A stretch of 64,000 bases of DNA from Amphiscolops sp. MND2022 (Eukaryota), in assembly GCA_964187785.1 (NCBI GenBank), contig OZ076409.1:98644001-98708000 (forward strand), in the 5' to 3' direction. How positions within the stretch are numbered: the first letter of the stretch is position 1; the number at the start of each line of letters is the position of its first letter. Below are positions 38,355 through 52,873 of this stretch, piece by piece. The position numbers were made by a program, and so were the translations under genes. The notes below the pieces were generated by a model. That model made no database searches. It worked only from the letters and a program-made list of their open reading frames with translations, and was not told the DNA's origin.

Positions 38355-38853
38355 AACAAGACGGGAACGTCTAAAGTCGGCGCTATATCTAAGGCTCAAA
38401 AAGCGCAAAAAATTTTTTTAAATAAAAATTTTTGAATATATTTTCTTTCAGAAAATGTGGCATAGTGCCGAAAAATGTGAATGGGGGACCCTTTGGGCTT
38501 TATCAACATATATTCTGTTGCAAAATATCAAAAAACTCGAAAGGGGGACTCTTTTGATACATTAAAAAATTTTTGAAAAAAAAGTCGCACAATGCCGAAA
38601 AAAATTGAAAGGGGGGACCCTTTAGTCTCGTCCGGTTTTGTAGGCTACGGTAAAATAGTAAAATATGAAAGGGGGACCCTTTTGCACTAATTTCCGCTGA
38701 CCGGACTTGGCCTTATGCTAGTAGTTTTAGTAGTTTCGATTGTAAGAAAAGTGGCCCAATCAGAGTGAGATTGTAGTCTGACGAAAAAAAAAGAAAAAAA
38801 ATTAGCCACTGTAAGTGTCGGGCACTTTTCACTAGAAAAGCGCCGACAAAAAA
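38355..38853 (-). mobile_element. Helentron/DINE-1-like non-autonomous element (close paralogue of 41761-42260)
   Basis: AACAAGACGGGAACGTCTAAAGTCGGCGC ... AGAAAAGCGCCGACAAAAAA; long near-identical stretches with 41761-42260. Confidence 0.8.
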
Positions 38854-38857
38854 GCAT

Positions 38858-38859
<2 letters not shown>

Positions 38860-38927
<68 letters not shown>
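38860..38927. repeat. (GA)n microsatellite, ~34 units
   Basis: Direct reading. Confidence 0.98.
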
Positions 38928-38931
<4 letters not shown>

Positions 38932-41503
38932 AATGTGCTATTATCACTACTTCGGTAAAATCAAACCAATTGTTTTCGAATTGAAAAGCCAATGGAGGAA
39001 AGATACTGGATGGGAAATTTAATTTCTCAATATTCGCTCTATAGGTGAGTTTTTTTTTCAATTTAAAAACAGTTGAAGCAAGACAATATCAATTTCTAAA
39101 GAAGTGGTTTAATCTAGAGTACGAAAACCCCCCGCAGAGAAGTAAAGCTCAATTTAGGTCAACTTCTGCTAAAGTGAACTAAAAAGAGTCATGTCCGAAG
39201 CAAAATTGGATTATGAAAACAAAAAGAATGACAATAGAAAGCTGTACCTTTAGAATTTGATCTCTTAGATGACATAAATCGTTTGGAAAAAGCTAATCAG
39301 GGTGAAAAATTTTATTACAGCAGATTACAGATTATTTTAGACTGAATTTTTTGTTCATTTCCATTTCTTTCTTCTAGATACAAAATACATCCTGGTTAAT
39401 AGTATTAGTTTTAGATACCATACATCACAACCGAAATTGGTCACAATTTTATTTGCTAAACGATGTAAAACGCATTTGAATATGCAAATGTTTCACATCT
39501 CGATTTATTGACAACGTCACAAAAATAAACTGCCATTTTTTTGGAAAAACTGAAATTATTCTCAGGAAAAGAATTGGAACTCCCCCCCTCCCCCCCCCAC
39601 ACACACACACACACTTTTCAAGATGACGTTTTTGCAATCAATTATATCTCAATTGCGTTTCCAATGAAACAGTTCAGTTTTAATTTATTCTCAGGGTGAT
39701 AGTTTAGGATTCAGATACAAACTACTTTGTTCACACTTTTTCCCTATGTAGTTACGCATTTTTGATGAAGAAATCAACAGCTTCCCGTTTTGAGGCATCA
39801 ATAAACACTTAATGCGAACATAATCATAGTCAAAATGCGTGAACAATGTTTTGTTCAAGCGGAAAACTACTCTAATAGTGTGGAGACAACAAAACAAAGG
39901 AAAAGACTTATTCGAAGAAATATTGAATGATATAGTCAAATATAATCCTTTATGTTGAGTTTGTTTTCTTTAAAAAGTGTGGGGGAAAGGAAAAAGAGCC
40001 AAAGAATTAAACATAAGCCATACACTTTTTAAAATTTTTTCATAGGAGGGGCAAAAATTAGGTTCCATAATATGAAATGGTGAGAAATTTGGGTATTCGG
40101 CAGTTATTTTATCAAGAAATTGACAGCTTCAATTTTTCAAAAGTGTGAAAAATGATTTGTTCAAACAAAGAAGCTATTTCGCTTGAAGTTAGCTTCCGGC
40201 AATGGAAAAAGATTTCACAATTATAGAGGCCAGTTTGAAGAACTTTTGAAAAGTTTCTTCAAAATTTTAGCTGGTTCAAACAAAAAAGAGCCGCCATCGT
40301 TTCAGTTCAAAGTTTTAGATGGAAATTGCTTCTCTTCTTGAAGTTTTTTTTAACCTTGTACACATCTTTAAAAGTACACAGACTTCAAAAGTACACATGT
40401 CTAAAAAATGTCTCTCTTGTAGACATCTTAAAAAGTCCGGAGAAGTCTAATGCAAGTATCTTTCATCTGCAGTAGGAAAACCTTCAAAAGTAGCAAAAAA
40501 TGATTCTGAAGAGTGTGAATAATTTGGATACTATTCTCTCTTTTTCCTTTTTTTTCATCAAGACAAGCTACTGGAAAAATCTTTTGTAGTGCAGGTTTGT
40601 AAAATTTTCGGTGAAATCATAAACGGAGTTTTCAAACCCAGCTACGTGAGCGTAAAACTAAGTTTCATTTTCAATCGTCTCTTGTTACACTAGGGTTCTA
40701 AAAAGCTGAAGACACTCGATTTGGCTAACGAAAGCGCAATATTTTAAATTTATATCCATTTTACGAAAAAGCCTTGCAGGCAAAAATCTCTCAAGTTTAG
40801 ATCAGAATTACAACGGTATTTTTCGTTTTGCGTTTCCAGAAAAAGTGTTCGTTAAAAATTGGAGATCCGAATAAATTTCATTCATGTGAATTGTTTTCAT
40901 TTTTATGAAAAACATTTTCATAGCGACAACCTTCAGTTTCATTTGAGTGAACAGCAATTTTATTTCCATGCAAAACGTCTTCATTCAAACGAATTACCAT
41001 TTCAAATACAATTTGAAATTACACATTCAGCATACAATTCTCCCTGTTAATCGAAATTTACGTAAAGTTTTAATAATTTGGCAATTTTCGAAATTTGGCA
41101 ATTTTTTAATGAATTAACACAAAAATATAATTGTGAAAATTGCAAATTTGAACATTCAAAAGTCCAAAGTATCTGACTAAAGCTTACAAAAAATTGAAAT
41201 TACCTGCAATTATTGAAATGTTCGAAATTGAAAAATAAAAATCATCTGTGCTGAGTGTTTAAAAGCTATTAGCAAATGAAAACGATTTCAGAACAATGAA
41301 ATGTATTTTGTCAAACAATGAAACTGAAATGCACTCATATGAAAATGTTTCGAGTGAATATGAAATTGATTTGCATCCAAATGTTTTTGCACAATAATGA
41401 AAGTGGTCTGGAAATGGAATAGTAATTTTTTGATACCAACAGTTGTTTTCAAGATATTGTGTAAAAAATTTCAGAAAATGCCAAAAGTCAATAATAAGCT
41501 AAG

Positions 41504-41693
41504 GGTTCTTTTCTGTTCCCCCCACACCATTTTTTAAAGAAAAATGAGAAAATATTGAAATAGAAAGACTTAGAACTAAATTAGAAACCTTTACTTTTCT
41601 ATTTTTTTCTCAGAATTACAGTTTAGAATTCAGATACAAATTTTGTTCACGCTATTTTTCCTTATGAAGTCACGCATGAGTCAGAAAAGAGCC
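41504..41693. mobile_element. GG...CC MITE with perfect 8-bp TSD (internally deleted member of the 25317 family)
   Basis: GGTTCTTTTCTG ... CAGAAAAGAGCC; TSD AAGCTAAG (41496-41503, 41694-41701). Confidence 0.85.
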
Positions 41694-41760
41694 AAGCTAA
41701 GTTTTATAAATTTGGTACCCTAGTGTATGAACAGAGCGAGATCACTTGAAACAGAAAATT

Positions 41761-42260
41761 AACAAGACGGGAACGTATACAGTCGGCGCTATATCTAAGG
41801 CTCAAAAAGCGCAAGATATTTTTTTGAAAAAAAACTTAAAATTTTTGATTTTTTTCTTTCAGAAAATGTCGCATAGTGCCGAAAAATGTAAAAGCCCCTT
41901 TGGGCTTTATTAACATGTATTCTGTTGCAAAATATCAAAAAACTCGAAAGGGGGACTCTTTTGAGACATTAAAAAATTTTCGAAAAAACGTCGCACAATG
42001 CCGAAAAAAAATCGAAAGGGGACCCTTTAGTCTCGCCCGGTTTTGTAGGTTACCCTAAAATAGTAAAAAATGAAAGCGGGGACCCTTTTGCACTAATTTC
42101 CGCTGACCGGACTTGGCCTTATGCTAGTAGTTTTAGTAGTTTCGATTGTAAGAAAAGTGGCCCAATCAGAGTGAGATTGTAGTCTGACGAAAAAAAAAGA
42201 AAAAAAAACTAGCCACTGCAAGTGTCGGGCACTTTTCCCTAGAAAAGCGCCGACTAAAAA
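41761..42260 (-). mobile_element. Helentron/DINE-1-like non-autonomous element
   Basis: Family termini AACAAGACGGGAACG..AGTCGGCGC and AGAAAAGCGCCGACTAAAAA. Confidence 0.8.
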
Positions 42261-43683
42261 TATTCCATATAAGGCCATATGAATCTAAGCCTCCTAGTTT
42301 GTGGCAAGGATTTCACTAACTTCGTCAGGGACTTTTTCAAATTGTCGTTGAAAGTTTGTACCAAGTTAAATTGAATTAATTTATTCACACGGAAGGAAAA
42401 GAAGCTCTTTTTCACTTTCAACTTTGCTTGGAAGACTTCCCTCCGTGGGCAATTTACATCTAGCAGAACCCCAAACACTCAGTATAGAAATCGCTGCCAA
42501 GTCTCAAGGGAAATTTTCTCTTGTGGAAAAAGAAATTGAAATGTTGGTAATGATATTATTTTATAAGTCTGCCCCTCGCAATAAATTATTACTAGAAAAA
42601 TTATTTCCGGTTTCAAAGGAAAATGCCCGAAATGTTGTTTTCTGAGGGATAATTCATATTTCCATGAATCGCTTCAGACACAGCGCCAAAAATGATTTAT
42701 AAATTCACTAAATTGGCAAATTGTCGCTTTTCCACAATCTGAAAAGATTCGGTGTTATATCTGTTCCGCGATTGAGAATCTATTAAAAAAATATGCTTAT
42801 GTTACTGCTAAGCAAAAAATTAAACAACATTTTCTTATAAGATTCCAGCATGAGGCATTTAGATCAGAACTTGGTATGAAATGTTGGAGCTCCTATAAGT
42901 TTAAATAGCGATTCTTGGTCTTGTGTAATGTTTTATAATTACTTCTTTTTATTTATTAATTATGTGCACTGCCTTTCCTAAAGTTTTGAATGTTTTTATT
43001 CATGAAACCATGGAAAGGAATTCAGCGTTTTTTTTCAATTAGAAGCATTAAGGATAACTATAAAAACTTAATAACAGGCCTGTCTTCTCAGTAATTTAAG
43101 ATAGAAAACGAAACTTTCATCAATATGAAACACTCTCCCCGTTGCTCGAAAAAAGAGAAAAAGTATGCAAAGTTCGCTTGAAAAAAATAGTGACTTCAAA
43201 GCATAGTCTCGAAACATATCGTCACTGAGCAACTTTTAAGTGTTTATCAAGGTAAAAGATAGGATTATGTTGACATCAATTATTTTACTGGATCAAAGTT
43301 TCCGCTCAAATGATGTCGACATAATGGTATTTGAACCTTGTTTCTTATCCCCCATCCCGCGGGCAAGACACATGGTCCCGATTCTTTGATTTTGCGCGAG
43401 TGTGAAATGGAATAAAAGATGTTGAAGATCTAAAAAGTTCAAGTTAAGTTGTACTTCGATGATTCATAACTTCTTGCGACGAATTCTATTTGTACACATT
43501 AACTATAAACATGCTGAATCATTCATTCTGGCAAACATTTTAATTTCATTCACTCTTTTGTTGTAAATTTCATCACTTCATTGCGTTGCTTGATTGACTC
43601 CAAAAATTCAATCTAATTCTGCAGAATCTTTCCCACGTTTATAGAACAAAGATAGAAATTTCAATCAGACGAAACAAATGGAA

Positions 43684-46600
43684 ACAACTCGGGAAAACTG
43701 CACAAGTCCGCGTCATATCTAAGGCTTAAAAATAATTCAAGGAAAAACTCAGCCTATTGTGAAATTTTTCATTTTCCACACAGTGCCGAAAAATCCCGAA
43801 AGGGTTTTCTCCCAAACTCGAAAACAGTTTTTTTCTGCACTGGAAACATCAGAAAAAAGTAATTTGCCTTTGAGAAAAATTAAAATTTTTCATAAATATT
43901 TGGTTAAAAAAGTCGCATAATGCCGAAAAACCCAAAAAAGAGACCCTTTAGGGTCATTAAACGTTTGTTGCAAACCGACAACTTCAAAAAAATTCAAGAG
44001 GGTGCCCTTTGATAGAATTCAAAAATTTTCGGAGAAAAGTGGCATAGTGCCGAAAAAGCCCAAAGGGACCCTTTGGTCTACCCTCTACTTTTGGAAACAT
44101 TAAAAAACTTGCGGGTTTATACGAGACTCCTTCTGAAAGTCTGAACAGAAAAGGTCTGAATGAACAGAAAAAGTGGACCGATCGCGTTGAACTGACGGAA
44201 AAAATCTAGTTACTTAAAGAGTCGTGCATTTTCTTCGAAAACGCCGACTATAAATGACTGGCATGGCCCTTAGCATTTAGTGTTTGCCTTAACTCGTCTG
44301 GTTCCTAATTTGGACACAAAGCAGTTTAAATTATCAATGGTATCATACTGTTTGTTGCTTGTTTTTGTGAACCATTAAACTGCTTTCAGAAAAATGAATG
44401 ATTGAAAAAGTCATTTGAAAAAAGGATGCTTGTAAAACCTCCGGTGATTAATCGCAGCCTAACACGAGGCTTAGAACTTGTCTTGTTTAAGGTGTCATTC
44501 GTTCATCCAAAGTTTTCAGATACTTTTCCCACGGAATAATGCTTATTTTACTATAGAAAAAACATGTAACACATTTACTATTTTCGTTAGTTTATCCTCT
44601 TCTGAGTTTCGAACGATTTAATTGATCATGCACCGAAAATCAGTTTTAGTAAGGTTGTAGTTTCGTCATTTTATGAAGGTCGACACTGAAAATCCGAAAA
44701 CCTGTCGATGAGATTGACCTGAATCCAACACAGGACGATAAGGACGCCTTTTGAGACAAGGTATGCTTCTTTGGGGATTTTTCAAATGGTATCTATTGTT
44801 TTTCCCGTCTGTATTTGCCATAAAAATGCCCATTAAGCTCACGAAACCAAAGTTCAAGTAGTCTTTAACAAGTCGGGAACGGCATTTTCGGCGCCATACT
44901 TAAGGCTCAAAAATAGCACAAGGACTACAAAGTGTCAAGTATTCTCTTCTACAGAACCCGCATGACAAAAAAAATGAAAAAAAAATACGAAATATTTTTT
45001 TTCGAAATTTTTTTCAAATTTTTTTTGGTCTCCGGTCGCATAGTGCCGAAAAATGTAAAAGGGGACCTCAAAAAAGCCTCTAATTGACCTCTATCTGAAG
45101 TGCCAGTAGAAGTAGTGTGGCAGTTAGTGCAAGTCAGCACTAAAAAGTCTAAATAGTCTAAAAATCGACTAAAAAAGTCGCTTTTTATCTCACAAAGCAC
45201 CGACTGAAGATAAATTTTTTCCCCAAAAAAGTGAAGGATTTCATTGAACAATGCAGCTTTCCGAATTACTCTCATACATCTGAAATAGAACAGAAAATTC
45301 CCTGCCTATTGCACCCCTGGTTGAAACTGCTTGAAGTTCTTGCATGTATTTTAATGTTGCCAGCAACTTTTATTATGGTTTTCTAAAACTCTGACGGAAA
45401 CATCCATACGAAAATATTTCCCGGTTGTGTTTAACTTTTATCAAGCTGCTTGAAACATTCATCAAAGTTTTGGCGGCAACTTTAATCCTTGAAGTTTTGC
45501 CGGCTTTATTAGGCAGCAGTTTTAATTTAAAAAGCAAATAAGTTGCTGTCAGTTATACTGCTAATTTAATGCAAAATAAGTTCAGTCGCGTAATAAACTG
45601 CAAATTAGCGTCATGTTTATTGCGGTATTTGAGAAGCGGTGATCACATCAGATAAGTAGCTGAAAAAACGAAGTGTGAAGAATACAAAGTGATCGTGTCG
45701 GAAATTAAGTGGGATTTTTTTTCAAATTTAATTGCAGTAATGGAAAATGCAGTGTAATTGTACATGATTTACCACTCGAAGTTCACTGAATTTTCTATGT
45801 TTTATTTTGAAAAATTACCATGCACGCAGGCCGCCTGCAGCATGAAAAAAGTTCCTGCAGTTCCAACAGATCTCTACATCTCGGAATTGTAGGAGCATGA
45901 GACTAAGAATATTTGGAACGCTGAAACATGGGTCTAACCCCGAGTTTTAACCCCGAATACTAAGCAAGTTACAGTATTCTATTGGAAGTGGCAGTAAAAA
46001 AGTAATGTTTGGATTTTCGATAATCCGGGGATTTGCTGTCCGGACGTAACAAAGATCCCTTTTGGACATTTTGGACGTCTTTTGTAATCTCTTCACATTT
46101 CTATGTCCTGGGCGTTCGCCATGTGTCCAAAATGAAAATGCATGTCATCTGGTACCATATTTGATAGAACTCTTTTTCACCTGGTTTCAATTCTTGGTCC
46201 AATTCGACTCTTTAATTCATTTTATGACATGTCTGAAAAAATGATCAACCAATTGCTTGTGAAACAGAAAGAAACGGAACCTTGCTTTAAACTTTTCTAG
46301 CGATGATAAACAGAATCCTTCCCTTCAAAACCACTCTGCGTTTTTACGACTTGGAAAATGTTTTCCGATAAAATAATGGATGAAGTACAATTTTTGTCGT
46401 TTTTCTGCTTCCAGCGCAAAATTCTGAAAAATTCCGACTGACATTTTTTCTATCAAATTTGTTTCCCTTCCATGTTTATGGAAATGGTACTCGAATATTT
46501 TTCAGTGGAGCACAATTCCATGTTTCGTATCTTTTGTTGAGAAAATAGAGTCCGAAAAACAACATGGATGTTGCTTACTGAACTGACAAGATTTCAAAAA

Positions 46601-47548
46601 GTGTTTCTCGCTATATTTTTATTTTCTTGTCCGAATTGAAAATTATTAACTTTTAAAAGTATTAAGGTGCACCAGGTTTCCGACAAAATTTGTTTTTTTT
46701 TCAAGAGAAAAATGTCTTTTTTCCGATTTTTTCAGATCAATTTCTCCCAAAAAAAGTTTAATACAATGGAAAGTAAAATGAGTGGAAAGAAATGATATCG
46801 TATTTTTGATTCTTTTTCAAACTTCTCTTGATTTCCGGCAACTATTGATCGTTAAAAAACAAGCCCTTTCAGTTCAACTAATTTCAACTAATTTTTTTGC
46901 TGACATTTAATTGCTTTGCCAAGCAACCTAGAGTCAAAAAATAGGTTCCTCTACCTGTACAAACTTTCAGCTCCTAAACTCAGTACAAGCTTCAGTGCAA
47001 GTTTTAATCCAAAAGATGGAACAAGACGAGAACGTCTAAAGTCGGCCACTCGCTTAAGGCTCAAAAAGCTCAAAGTCTGGAAATCCCACAGACTTCAGAT
47101 TTTCAAACAATTGGAAAGGCGCCCTTTGGCCTTGAAACAATCGTTTTCCTCCGTGAAAACATCAGAAAATGCAAAATGGTGGGGAAAAACTTTATGCCTC
47201 AAAAAAGTCACACATTGCCAAAACACTCAAAGGGCATCCTTTATGCTCGAAAAACAAATTTTCCTCAGTGAAAACATGGAGAAAATTGAAGGGGATGAAA
47301 AAAGTCGGACAGTACCGAAAAACCCAAAGGGTTGTCACACATAGTTTCGAGAATACGGTAAAACTATAAAATGTTCATAAGAAGTACCCTTTGAGTTCTT
47401 CCGGTACCTTTCGGCCTCTTTGGGCACCCTCCAGAACTTATGCAGAAGTCTGTGGTCTGACGGAAAAAAAGTTGTAATGTCAGGACTTGTAAAAACTTGT
47501 AAAACTGTAAATGTGAGGAGCTCTTTAACGAAATGCGCCGACTAAAAA
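43684..47548 (-). mobile_element. Three more diverged Helentron/DINE-1-like copies (about 43684-44253, 44867-45208, 47021-47548); the intervening DNA is not part of them
   Basis: Each has an AACAA..G(G/A)AAC...TAAGGCT(C/T)AAAAA start and a ..C(G/A)CCGACT end. Confidence 0.6.
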
Positions 47549-48664
47549 CGATTGTATTATTCAGTTCTTTCAGTTAAGTTGGAAGATAATGAAAACACAG
47601 AGTTCCTTTCCCTGTCATTTCAACAAAATGAAACTTGTCAAAAGTGTAAGTGAAAGTGTGCTCAGTTGCATTGAAAACGAAAAATATTTGCCACTTGGTT
47701 GTCGACCCGATCTCGCTGAATTCCAATTTTTACATGTTACACGCTGAACTCTGAGAAAGACTTTAGACGCTACTTTAAAACAGAGTCATCAAATTTTTGC
47801 AGACGTTTCTCCATCAAAAATGTACAAAAGTAATTTCGACAAAAGGCCACGGTGCCGGTTGCGATTTTTCAAGTCCAAGAAAATGAGAAGGAAGAGAATT
47901 TTCAAGAGATCGGCGTACACTTGACTAGAAGAAAAACAATTGGGGCGGTATTCGGGCTGTTGTTTTTAATATGCATCGTATTCTTTGGTCTGAGATTTTT
48001 AGGCCATTCCGGACACTTTGTTCAGAATGAGTTCCAAGAACCATCCGTTTAAACGCAAAAAGCTTTTCCAGATGACAAAAAAAACTTTTGCAAACCAAAC
48101 AAATTGTTTCAGCTTTAGGTTGATTAGTTAGTTATTCACGACTGTTTTAAAGATTTCTGTTCAGATAAATTATTGAGTTTTGATGTGAATGAATATAAAA
48201 TTCAGGTAATTACAAATTATCATGCAATAAATATGAAGCAAACGTTATGCCACTGAAACGTTTCCAATTTTGTTGTTGGCACATTTTCGAATTTTCAGAA
48301 TTTACAATCAGAAGTCCATATCGATGCATAGGTAATCACTTCTTTGCACGTTGAAGACCTTTATAAACTACTGACATACTATTTTATAAAACTGTCACAA
48401 TTATGAAACTTTGAACAGCGCTTTCAAGTTTTCTTGTGATTATTGACAAGAGTTCTTGTTGACGCTGGTCATTCACTGCATTATTTGACCCCTCAAATAC
48501 AAGTGGGCCCCACATACAAAATTCTACATTCCACAAAAAAACTTTTATAAAAGCCAGTTCAATGAAATGATTTCTCTGAATCTGTGTTTTCTAAATTCTA
48601 AGAAGTGCAGTACTGTGATTAAGAATTCGTCCCCCCCCCCCAATTGAAAATTAGTCTAACAAAA

Positions 48665-49600
48665 ATGAGCTTTTCTCAGGGTCTACAAGTGCTAATAAAA
48701 CAAACAAAAAATTTACAGAAAGCTGAGAAAATTTTTCATCGGACTAAGATCGCAAAAAAGCTGCTCAAATTATGACCAACAACTGTCATATCTATCACAA
48801 ATCGTTTCGAGAAAGACCCTACTAGCGTTGAAAACAAAAACAATCAGGTTGACCGAGGAAAACGTGGCATCAAATATCAAAAACTTGGTAGACAATTCCA
48901 AGAAGAACTTTTGGTTTCAATTCTACGGACCTGGAAAAAACAATGGAAAACCAAATGACTGTTTCTCCTAGCCTGATCCGGAAATGCCCACTGAAAAACA
49001 GACTTCCAGCTAGAATTGCTCCCAGAATGCCAGAAAACCTCTGTTATCGGCCACTAATATGCAAAAACGGTTTCAATGGTCTCAGAGCTTAATCGAGAGA
49101 GATATAGTTTTTGGAAAAAAGTAATCTTTTTTATGAAACCATAATCAAATTGCACCCCAGAAGAAAACAGTTTGTACGTCGTTCCTAAGGAAGGCTTTTG
49201 GATCGGAAATACTTACAGGGTACGGCAAAATTTGGTGGAAAACGAATCTTGTTTTGGGGTTATTAAAATTTACCGGCGAAAAAATTTCGTTATTGTTACA
49301 GGAAGCCAGATCTCGGAATAAAATACATGAAGGTTTTGCGATAACAGTTACTTGAAGATGTCGAAGAAGGCCATGCGTTCCAACATGGTAATGCTCCGTC
49401 CCATAAGCTGCAACAAAAACTGCCAGATTTTTGAACTCGAACGGTGCCCAGCTTCTGAAAAATTGGCGCCTCCAAAGCCCGGATCTTAGTATTATCGATA
49501 TTTTGGATAGATGTCCTAAAGTGTTTTCGAACTTGGCCAATGTGTTATTCCCATATTTCGACTGATTATTTTCAAAATTTGTACTATTAGTTCCAACCAA
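48665..49600 (+). pseudogene. Degenerate Tc1/mariner (DD34E-type) transposase
   Basis: Plus-strand fragments across frameshifts: KPLLSATNMQKR (~49035), FWKKVIF (~49110), FQHGNAPSH (~49380), KNWRLQSPDLSIID (~49460). These match the Tc1 motifs KPLL..RL, W.KVIFSDE, FQQDNAP.H and WP.QSPDLNPIE. Ends are approximate. Confidence 0.7.
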
Positions 49601-49646
49601 TTAAAGCTATCAAACTAAACAAACACGCAGTGTTTTTAGTTCGGTG

Positions 49647-50179
49647 TTTTTAGTCGGCGCTTCATGAAGTGAAACGCGACTGTTATAGTGGCTTTTCTTT
49701 TTTCAAACAACACGAACTGACCAAAATAGTTCTTAAAAGTTCTACAAAATATTATTGCACCAAATTGCTTTATTTGGTCTAGCGAACTGAACCAAAAAGG
49801 TTTTTCCTGTTTTCCCGCGTAACCTACCATACCGGGCGAGACCCCCTTTCATATTTTTTTCGGCACTGCGAGGCTTTTTTTCGGAAAAAATTTTTTCCTA
49901 GAGGGTCCCCCTTCAATTTTTTTTGCTGTTTTGCGACAGAATAGATGTTGAAAAATCCCAAAGGGTCCCCCCTTTCAGTTTTTTTCGGCATTGTGAGATT
50001 TTTTTTCTAAAATTGTTTCTCTTTAGCGCGCCAAGGGCTCGCGCTAGCGGGCCCCTGCGCGCCACTCGGTCCATATTTTGGCTATTCGATTTTCGAGTAC
50101 TGTAAATTGACACATGGAAGTCCTTTTGCTATTTTTGAGCCTTGGATATGGCGCCGACTTGGGCCGGTCCCGGCTTGTT
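49647..50179 (+). mobile_element. Helentron/DINE-1-like non-autonomous element (element-sense orientation)
   Basis: 5' TTTTTAGTCGGCGC with an adjacent partial inverted repeat (..AACGCGACT); 3' GCGCCGACT, then stem-loop GCCGG-TC-CCGGC, then TTGTT. Confidence 0.8.
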
Positions 50180-50595
50180 TGGTATTTAATTGAAAGTTGT
50201 AACTTGAGCCGTTTTCGAGAACCAAGCGTTTTCGTAATGCAAATTAACCATAGGAGGACTATTTCTTAATCACAGTACTGTAAGTAATCTAGGGTAAAAT
50301 AGTGGATTCACTGATTCGCACTTTAAGTCAATTTGTTACGACACGATGCTAACTCTAACTGACAGTCCAGATACTAACTGATAGCTCTAATCCGATCAAC
50401 TCCAGACGGAAACTAATAGTCTATTTGGGTTTTTAGAAGCTCATTCCTATTTTTAACTGATAGTCCAAAGTGTAAATGAGAGCTCTAATCCGTTAATCTC
50501 CAAGCAGTAATTATTTTGTAAAAGGGGAAACGGCTTAAGGATGGTAAGAGTTCTCAGAAGTTCATAGGTGTTTCTGTGGTTCACTTCTACACCTC

Positions 50596-51125
50596 AACAA
50601 GCCGGGAACGGCCAAAGTCGGCGCCATATCTAAGGCTCAAAAGGACTCGAAAACGAAAACCACTTTTTCTACAACTGGAGACAACAAAAGCTCTCAAAAA
50701 ACTAAAATTTGAGAAAAAAATTCCGATTTTTTTTCGAATTTTTTTGAAGTTTCCGGTAAGTTGAATAGTGCCGAAAAATGTAAAAGGGGGGACGCTTTGC
50801 GATTTTTTGAACATCCATTCTGTTGCAAAATATCAAAAATTGATGGGAGGAACAATAAAAAAATTCGGAAAAAAATCAGTCTCACAGTGCCGAAAAAAGG
50901 AGGAAAGTCTCATAGAGTCGAAAAAAGTGGACCCTTCTGCTTTGGAATGGCTTTTTATCTCATAATAGAGGCTTTGGATGCGTTGAAAATGAAGTACTAA
51001 GTACATATGGTAAAAGTTGGTAAATGTGCATTAATGCACAAAAAGTGGACGATTCGCGTTGAACTGAAGAAAAAAAACTAGCCACTGTAAGAGTCGGGAT
51101 TTTCTTCGAAAACGCCGACTAAAAA
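50596..51125 (-). mobile_element. Helentron/DINE-1-like non-autonomous element
   Basis: Family termini AACAAGCCGGGAACGGCC..AGTCGGCGCC and GAAAACGCCGACTAAAAA. Confidence 0.8.
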
Positions 51126-51394
51126 CAGTCGCAAATGGCATTCACTTCTGCTATTCTGATGTGAACGCTGGTATTTGAACGCTCATAATACGACCTCATT
51201 TCAAGACGAAGTTACTGGGAAACGACTTTAATTCTACCAATTTAAAAACATCTACCAAAGGACATTTTTCGATGCTGCCACGAATTTGGTAAAATTAGAG
51301 AAAACTCTCCAGGAGAAAAATTAATATCCATTTTTAATCGATGAATTTACTTTGAACAAAGTAAATCTAAAAGCTCAATTCCATTTGCGTAATA

Positions 51395-51859
51395 AACAAG
51401 CCGGGACCGGCCCAAGTCGGCGCCATATCCAAGGCTGAAAAATAGCAAAAGGACATCAAAGTTTCAAAGTATTCTCTTCTACAGAACTAAAATTTTTTTG
51501 AAAAAAGTGTCACAACGCCGAAAAAAATTGAAAGGGGGGACCCTTTGAGATTTTCCTATACCCAGTCTGTCGCAAAACCCAAAAAAAATTGAAAGGGGGG
51601 ACCCTTTGGGGAAATTTTTTTTCCGCAAAAAAGTCTCGCAATGCCGAAAAAACTGAAAGGGGGACCCTTTGGTCTCGTCCGGCATTGTATGTTATGCGGG
51701 AAACTTTTTGGTTCTGTTCCCTGGGCCAACAGGTGAAATTTGAAATTTTGTAGAACTTTTGGTAGAACTATTTTGGTCAGTTCAGGTGGTCTTAAAAAAC
51801 ACTGACGAAAAGCCATGACTAGAGTCGACTCTTTTCTCTAAAAAAGCGCCGACTAAAAA
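51395..51859 (-). mobile_element. Helentron/DINE-1-like non-autonomous element (same subfamily as 31212-31696)
   Basis: Family termini plus the shared GTAGAACTATTTTGGTCAGTTCAGGTGGTCTTAAAAAAACACTGACGAAAAGCCATGACT block. Confidence 0.8.
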
Positions 51860-52873
51860 TGCGGCAATGTTTATCTACAATAGGTGTGCCTAAACATAGT
51901 TACAAAATATTACAAAAACTTAAAAAACCAAACTAGATGAAAACGCGAGACGATATCGGTTAGAAATTTTATAAAAGAAGAAACCTCTGTTTCGTGTTTG
52001 AAATCATACTCACTCCAACATTTTCGACTAAGGTGAAGCCAATCGGTTTCTTTAACGAACTTGCATTAAAAGTGTTGTTCCAATTTTTTATTACGTCTTC
52101 TTGACTTTGCGCGTTACATTTCACTTGTTGCCGTATGGTGCTCCAAAGGGGCACTAATGTACCGAAAATGTTTGTTTTTCGACAACTCAGGTCCTGCAAT
52201 GGTGCTGCGCATAATTTTCCAAGTCCTGTTTTCAATTTTATTTTGGCAGTAGGCATCATCAAGGTAGAGAAAACGGGTACAATTTTGTACAAATAACCAA
52301 TTGCGTCAATATTTAAGGAATATCGGGGCGGTAAATTTTTGTATTTGTTTTTCAAGCCCTGATGCGAAGGTTTTTTTTTCAATTGAAGAAACTTGCATCG
52401 TACGTAGTTCATCATACATATCACGTCTTTATCCTTACAATTTTATTAGAAGTTTAGTTCCTGTTTCCTTTTTCGAGAGAATCAATGTTCGTCACCTTGA
52501 TAGCGTTTTTTTTCATTTTTCTTTTATTTTTTTTCAGCGCACTTTGGAAGTATCAAAAATTAACCGTCTGAATTCACATTTGATAGACATAAAAGGAACC
52601 AAACGACCAAACGAAGTTACCGATGAGTTAACAGGAATTCAAATCTAAAGTATTCAGCAGAGCCGATCAGAAGTTCCGATACAATTTCCCACCTCCTACG
52701 ATAGATTCAACCTTTTTCATCGGTCCATGAGATCCAATTCAAAGTTCCAGTTTTACTTGAACCGAATAAAATGAAACCTGTTCAATCGCGCAATTTTTTT
52801 CTGGCGAAATTCCTACAGGCTCTTGAAGATGATATATAACGTTGTTTACCCGTACTGGAAACCCACCGCAACC

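Noticed and set aside
38687..39061. 124-aa ORF with an LS repeat, and the many 60-120-aa K/F-rich ORFs between 26 and 56 kb
   Set aside because: Translations of the (GA)n microsatellite and of non-coding Helentron/MITE repeats.
42300..43600. Very old LINE RT fragments (FFSFRV on minus, LYFDDS on plus); similar traces at ~51960-52800
   Set aside because: Only isolated motif-like words across many stops and frameshifts; not supportable without a profile search.
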